DNA of 64,000 nucleotides from the NCBI GenBank assembly GCA_964500725.1, contig CAZCNP010000001.1, positions 138,950 through 202,949 on the forward strand. The letters run 5' to 3'. Positions 60,891-64,000 of the stretch are shown one piece after another. The DNA is from an uncultured Gammaproteobacteria bacterium (lineage in GTDB: Bacteria; Patescibacteriota; Microgenomatia; Daviesbacterales; UBA10151). Every line of letters begins with the position of its first letter. Positions within the stretch are counted from its first letter, which is position 1. Below the pieces are notes generated by a model. That model saw only the letters and a program-made list of their open reading frames with translations, searched no databases and was not told the origin of the DNA. Position numbers and translations under genes: made by a program.

Positions 60891-62441
60891 TCAAGCAATG
60901 AAATTAATCTTTACTCTATCTTTCTTGACAATTATACTGCCAATTAAACCTTGCAGAATTCTTCTTTTTATTTCCAGCTGTGCCTTATCAAATTTAGTAG
61001 AAAAGTCTTTTAAAAAAGCTTTCTTCTGCTTTGTCAGAGCTTCTTTGTCTAAGGATTTTGATAGCTTTTCTTCTAATATTGCAAGTTTATTTTTTGCTTC
61101 TTCAATCTGTGCCAAGTTTTCCTCTTTAGCTACGGCATAATCTTGCAGGGTGATAACACTCGCTTCATAGGCTTGCCAGTGTCTTTTCGCAGCCTCTGTA
61201 AGTGTTTCTAGTGTGGCTACAAGGTGTGCTTTTTCCTGTTCCTCCTCCTTCTTGCCATCGTCTGTAGCTCGTTGCATAAATTCCTTATAAATTGCCGGAT
61301 TGTTTACGATTTGTTGAATCTTGGTTATTACAGCACCTTCTAATTTAGTAGCACCCATAATATGACCCTTACATTCAGTTATTCCATTTCCATAACTATA
61401 TGAACTGGCACAATAGTAACTAAAATATGGTTTAGTATTTGGGTATTTTTCTCTTTGCATAAGACTTCTACGGTTTGTTTTATAATAAATATTTCTGCCA
61501 CAATAACCACATTTAGCTAAACCTACCAATAAACCTTTGCTTCCCACTACCCGGCCTCGTAGTGACGTTTTTTGCTTAATTCTTTCCTGTACTTTATTGA
61601 ATAAATCCTCGGCGACAATTACCGGGTGTGTACCTTTAACAAGTATCCATTCTTCTTTAGGAGTGATTAATCTTTTCCCTCGTTTTGTTGGCCTATGGTT
61701 ATGTCTAACATACCCGATAAATACTGGATTTTTGAGTATTCTTTGAATATAAGCACAAGACCATAACTTACCAGTAGGGGAAGGAATTTTGGACTCATTT
61801 AATTCTGTTGCTATCCTTCTGTAGCTATAGTCCCTATTCCCGTACCAATTGAACATATTTCTTATAACTTCTGCTTCTTTTTCATTTTCTGTTACCTTTA
61901 GAATAACTGAGGGATGGATTGATACATATTCTTTGTCGTAGCCATAGGGCACATCATGTAACATTCCCTTTAATGCCCTGTTTTTAGCCCCCTGGCGGAC
62001 TTTGCGTCTTAAGCTTTTAATATCCAAGTCAGCTTTTATGTCTGATATACCCTCATAGATAACACCGGAATCATCTTCGTCTGGATCGTACTTATCAGGT
62101 GGAATCGGTTCTCTCGGTTGATCAATGGAGTAAACCTGTACCAGGCAGTCTTTTAATTGCTCCCTTATAATTGTTGCTGTTGCTCTATCCCTGGCCAATC
62201 TATCAGCATCCCTTACAATTACTAAATCGAATTTACGAAACTTGGCATCTTCAAGAAGTTTCAGGAGTTCTAATCTGTTGGCTATTTCATGCCCTTTTTG
62301 TGTATCCTGGTAGATATTTACTAATTCCCAGCTATGTTCTTGGATAGTCCTCTTAGCTCTTTCTATCTGGTCTTCGTGGCTTCCTTTATCTGATCCGGCT
62401 TGTTCTTCTGTACTAACTCGGGTATAAATTGCAGTTCTCAT
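60891..62441 (-). CDS. Large serine recombinase (integrase)
   Basis: AIYTRVSTEEQ (catalytic Ser), DRLARD, PYGY, recombinase domain, Zn ribbon CGYCG...YYC..C, coiled coil; true start MRTAIY lies inside the element. Confidence 0.93.
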   Translation of the reverse strand: MRTAIYTRVSTEEQAGSDKGSHEDQIERAKRTIQEHSWELVNIYQDTQKGHEIANRLELLKLLEDAKFRKFDLVIVRDADRLARDRATATIIREQLKDCLVQVYSIDQPREPIPPDKYDPDEDDSGVIYEGISDIKADLDIKSLRRKVRQGAKNRALKGMLHDVPYGYDKEYVSIHPSVILKVTENEKEAEVIRNMFNWYGNRDYSYRRIATELNESKIPSPTGKLWSCAYIQRILKNPVFIGYVRHNHRPTKRGKRLITPKEEWILVKGTHPVIVAEDLFNKVQERIKQKTSLRGRVVGSKGLLVGLAKCGYCGRNIYYKTNRRSLMQREKYPNTKPYFSYYCASSYSYGNGITECKGHIMGATKLEGAVITKIQQIVNNPAIYKEFMQRATDDGKKEEEQEKAHLVATLETLTEAAKRHWQAYEASVITLQDYAVAKEENLAQIEEAKNKLAILEEKLSKSLDKEALTKQKKAFLKDFSTKFDKAQLEIKRRILQGLIGSIIVKKDRVKINFIA

Positions 62442-62456
62442 TAGGAGTATTATACC

Positions 62457-62490
62457 AACAATGTCAACCCCTGTCCCTGCGGCTATCTTG
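62457..62490. other. Right attachment junction (element arm AACAATGTCAACCCCTGT + CC + comM arm)
   Basis: comM reading frame resumes CCC TGC GGC TAT. Confidence 0.85.
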
Positions 62491-62957
62491 GACATCCAAA
62501 ACGGGAATGTAAATGTTCCGATAAACAAATCGCCAAATACAGACACCGTATTTCCGGACCAATCCTGGACCGTGTTGATCTTTTTGTTCCGGTTTCGGCT
62601 ATTGAATCTGAAAAACTTTCTCTAACCTCCAACAATCAACCCAACCGGATTTCTTCCGAAGAGGCAAAAAAGCAAGTCATAAAGGCGAGAAAAATTCAAA
62701 ATAAGCGTTTTAAAGATGAAGAGAAAAGAAGTCTCTATACAAATTCCCAGATGCGGAATGCCGATGTCAAAAAATACTGTTTTCTGACATCTGAGGCGGA
62801 AAATTTATTAAAACTGGCCGCTGATAAGTTTGATTTTTCAGCCCGGAGCTATTTCCGTCTGATTAAAGTAGCACGCACAATTGCCGATCTTAAAGCCATA
62901 AAAAATATCCTACCCCTACATATGGCTGAAGCCCTCCAATACAAACAGATTATATGA
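62477..62957 (+). pseudogene. comM: comM 3' part
   Basis: CGYLGHPKRECKCS...RISGPILDRVDL...SARSYFRLIKVARTIADL...EALQY, in frame with the 62751 ORF. Confidence 0.92.
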
Positions 62958-63313
62958 AGCAGGATAACCGAAAGGTCGGATTTTTAGGGGAAAATCTGGC
63001 AGAACAGGCTTTAAAGAACAAGGGTTTTAAGATTTTGGAAAGAAATTTCAGTAATAAGTTTGGAGAAATTGATATTATAGCGCAGGATCATGATACTTTG
63101 GTTTTTATCGAAGTAAAAACCAAAAAGGGCACGAGATTAGGCTTACCTGAGGAAATGATTAATACTTATAAATTAAAAAAAGTTCAAAAAATGGCGGAAG
63201 TGTATTTAAATGGCAAAACCCTGCCCTGCCGCATTGATGTAGTAGCAATCATCCTGTCAGAAGACAATAAGCTTCTGAACCTAAATCACTATCAGGCAGT
63301 TTATCTGAAATAA
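62954..63313 (+). CDS. yraN: YraN family putative endonuclease
   Basis: G..GE..A, ERNF...GEIDIIA, VFIEVK, RIDVV. Confidence 0.9.
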   Translation: MKQDNRKVGFLGENLAEQALKNKGFKILERNFSNKFGEIDIIAQDHDTLVFIEVKTKKGTRLGLPEEMINTYKLKKVQKMAEVYLNGKTLPCRIDVVAIILSEDNKLLNLNHYQAVYLK

Positions 63314-63318
63314 CAGAT

Positions 63319-63519
63319 TCATTTCTTTGCATGGGTAAATGCAACACTTGCCAAAAGCGCATCTGCCACTACTGCCACAACCACTAACCAGCTAGGAAGG
63401 ACCCATCCTGAAATAGCTGCTTGCCAACCTAAGAGTAAGTAAAATACTCCAAACACAGCTTTGGCACTATATAAAAATCCAACTAATTTTAAAAAGGTAT
63501 TAAGTTTCAAAATTATCAC
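63319..63519 (-). CDS. Small two-TM membrane protein
   Basis: Hydrophobic ORF with an SD-like GGGGGTG upstream. Confidence 0.5.
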   Translation of the reverse strand: MIILKLNTFLKLVGFLYSAKAVFGVFYLLLGWQAAISGWVLPSWLVVVAVVADALLASVAFTHAKK

Positions 63520-63627
63520 CCCCTTAACATTAAATATATACCTTCACTTAGTTGTAAGTCAATAATAATTACTCACTTATTACTTATCTTTAATGCCCTT
63601 GTAACAGTTTAAGTTTATCTTTGTTTT

Positions 63628-64000
63628 ATGCCTGCTAATAAATTGAAGGCAGCGGATTTTTATAGCAAAATTTTAAATATAATTGTTAAAAGTAAGGTGC
63701 CATTTTTAATTGGCGGAGGGTTTGCAGTTTATAAATATACAAATTTAAGAATGCCTACTAAAGATTTGGATATTTTTTGCAAAGCTGGAGATTTTCCTAA
63801 AATTGTCTCAATTCTAAAAGCAGCTGGTATTAATATAAAAGTATTAGATGAAAGATGGTTAGCCCAAGTCAAAGAGTTCCGCTGCCGTTTTGATTTACTT
63901 TTTTCTTCTCCTAATTATTTAATTTCTGTTGATGATAATTGGTTCAAACATGCCAAAGACAGCAGGCTTTTTGGATTTAAAGTAAAAGTGATGCCTCCGG
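63628..64000 (+). CDS. Nucleotidyltransferase family protein (runs off the window edge)
   Basis: Hand translation MPANKLKAADFY...PFLIGGGFAV...PTKDLDIFCK. Confidence 0.75.
   Translation, partial: MPANKLKAADFYSKILNIIVKSKVPFLIGGGFAVYKYTNLRMPTKDLDIFCKAGDFPKIVSILKAAGINIKVLDERWLAQVKEFRCRFDLLFSSPNYLISVDDNWFKHAKDSRLFGFKVKVMPP

Larger units (their letters stand above)
53373..62476. mobile_element. 9.1-kb integrative element (large serine recombinase plus Prim-Pol replicase) inserted in comM
   Basis: comM halves on both sides; shared CC crossover core (53371-72 and 62475-76); reconstructed attP is an inverted repeat. Confidence 0.92.

Noticed and set aside
1599-61746. Numerous antisense or nested ORFs in the six-frame track (e.g. 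3807-4325, 10829-11314, 28841-29245, 52629-53039)
   Set aside because: They are shadows of well-supported genes on the opposite strand or in another frame, with no independent motifs
53373-62476. Complete prophage or conjugative element
   Set aside because: No recognisable capsid, portal, large terminase, tail, relaxase or T4SS genes
62442-62546. N-terminal 35 aa of the 551-aa recombinase in the ORF track
   Set aside because: This extension crosses the attachment site into antisense comM; the catalytic domain starts at MRTAIY (62441)
62751-62957. Independent 68-aa gene
   Set aside because: It is the in-frame tail of the interrupted comM

Overview
Compact, AT-rich bacterial chromosome segment. 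Gene content, orphan pilin-leader proteins and leaderless-style promoters suggest a Patescibacteria/CPR (Microgenomates-like) genome; this is inferred, not proven. The housekeeping backbone includes lgt, galU, efp, an M1 aminopeptidase, tRNA-Leu(CAA), dnaB, manC, hisS, rpmE-prfA-prmC, htrA, ctpA, rpsF-ssb-rpsR, ychF, ruvCAB and dprA-comM-yraN. Four accessory features stand out. (1) A 9,104-bp integrative element (53373-62476) splits comM inside its NPCPCG motif. It encodes a large serine recombinase, a Prim-Pol/DUF3987-type replicase, two stand-alone FtsK-gamma-like proteins and small secreted cargo. attB and attP can be reconstructed exactly, and excision would restore an in-frame 516-aa ComM. 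(2) A histidine T-box riboswitch lies upstream of hisS, apparently with a very short Stem I. (3) An AdoMetDC-like/EamA/PRMT-like operon precedes a surface-protein cassette whose two ends are duplicated around two HEPN/MNT toxin-antitoxin pairs. (4) An ~11-kb island encodes modular surface proteins (SLH, PsbP-like, FecR-like and a shared 8-Cys domain). Short heptamer and palindromic repeats are inserted in-frame into several genes. No CRISPR array, rRNA or reverse transcriptase was seen.
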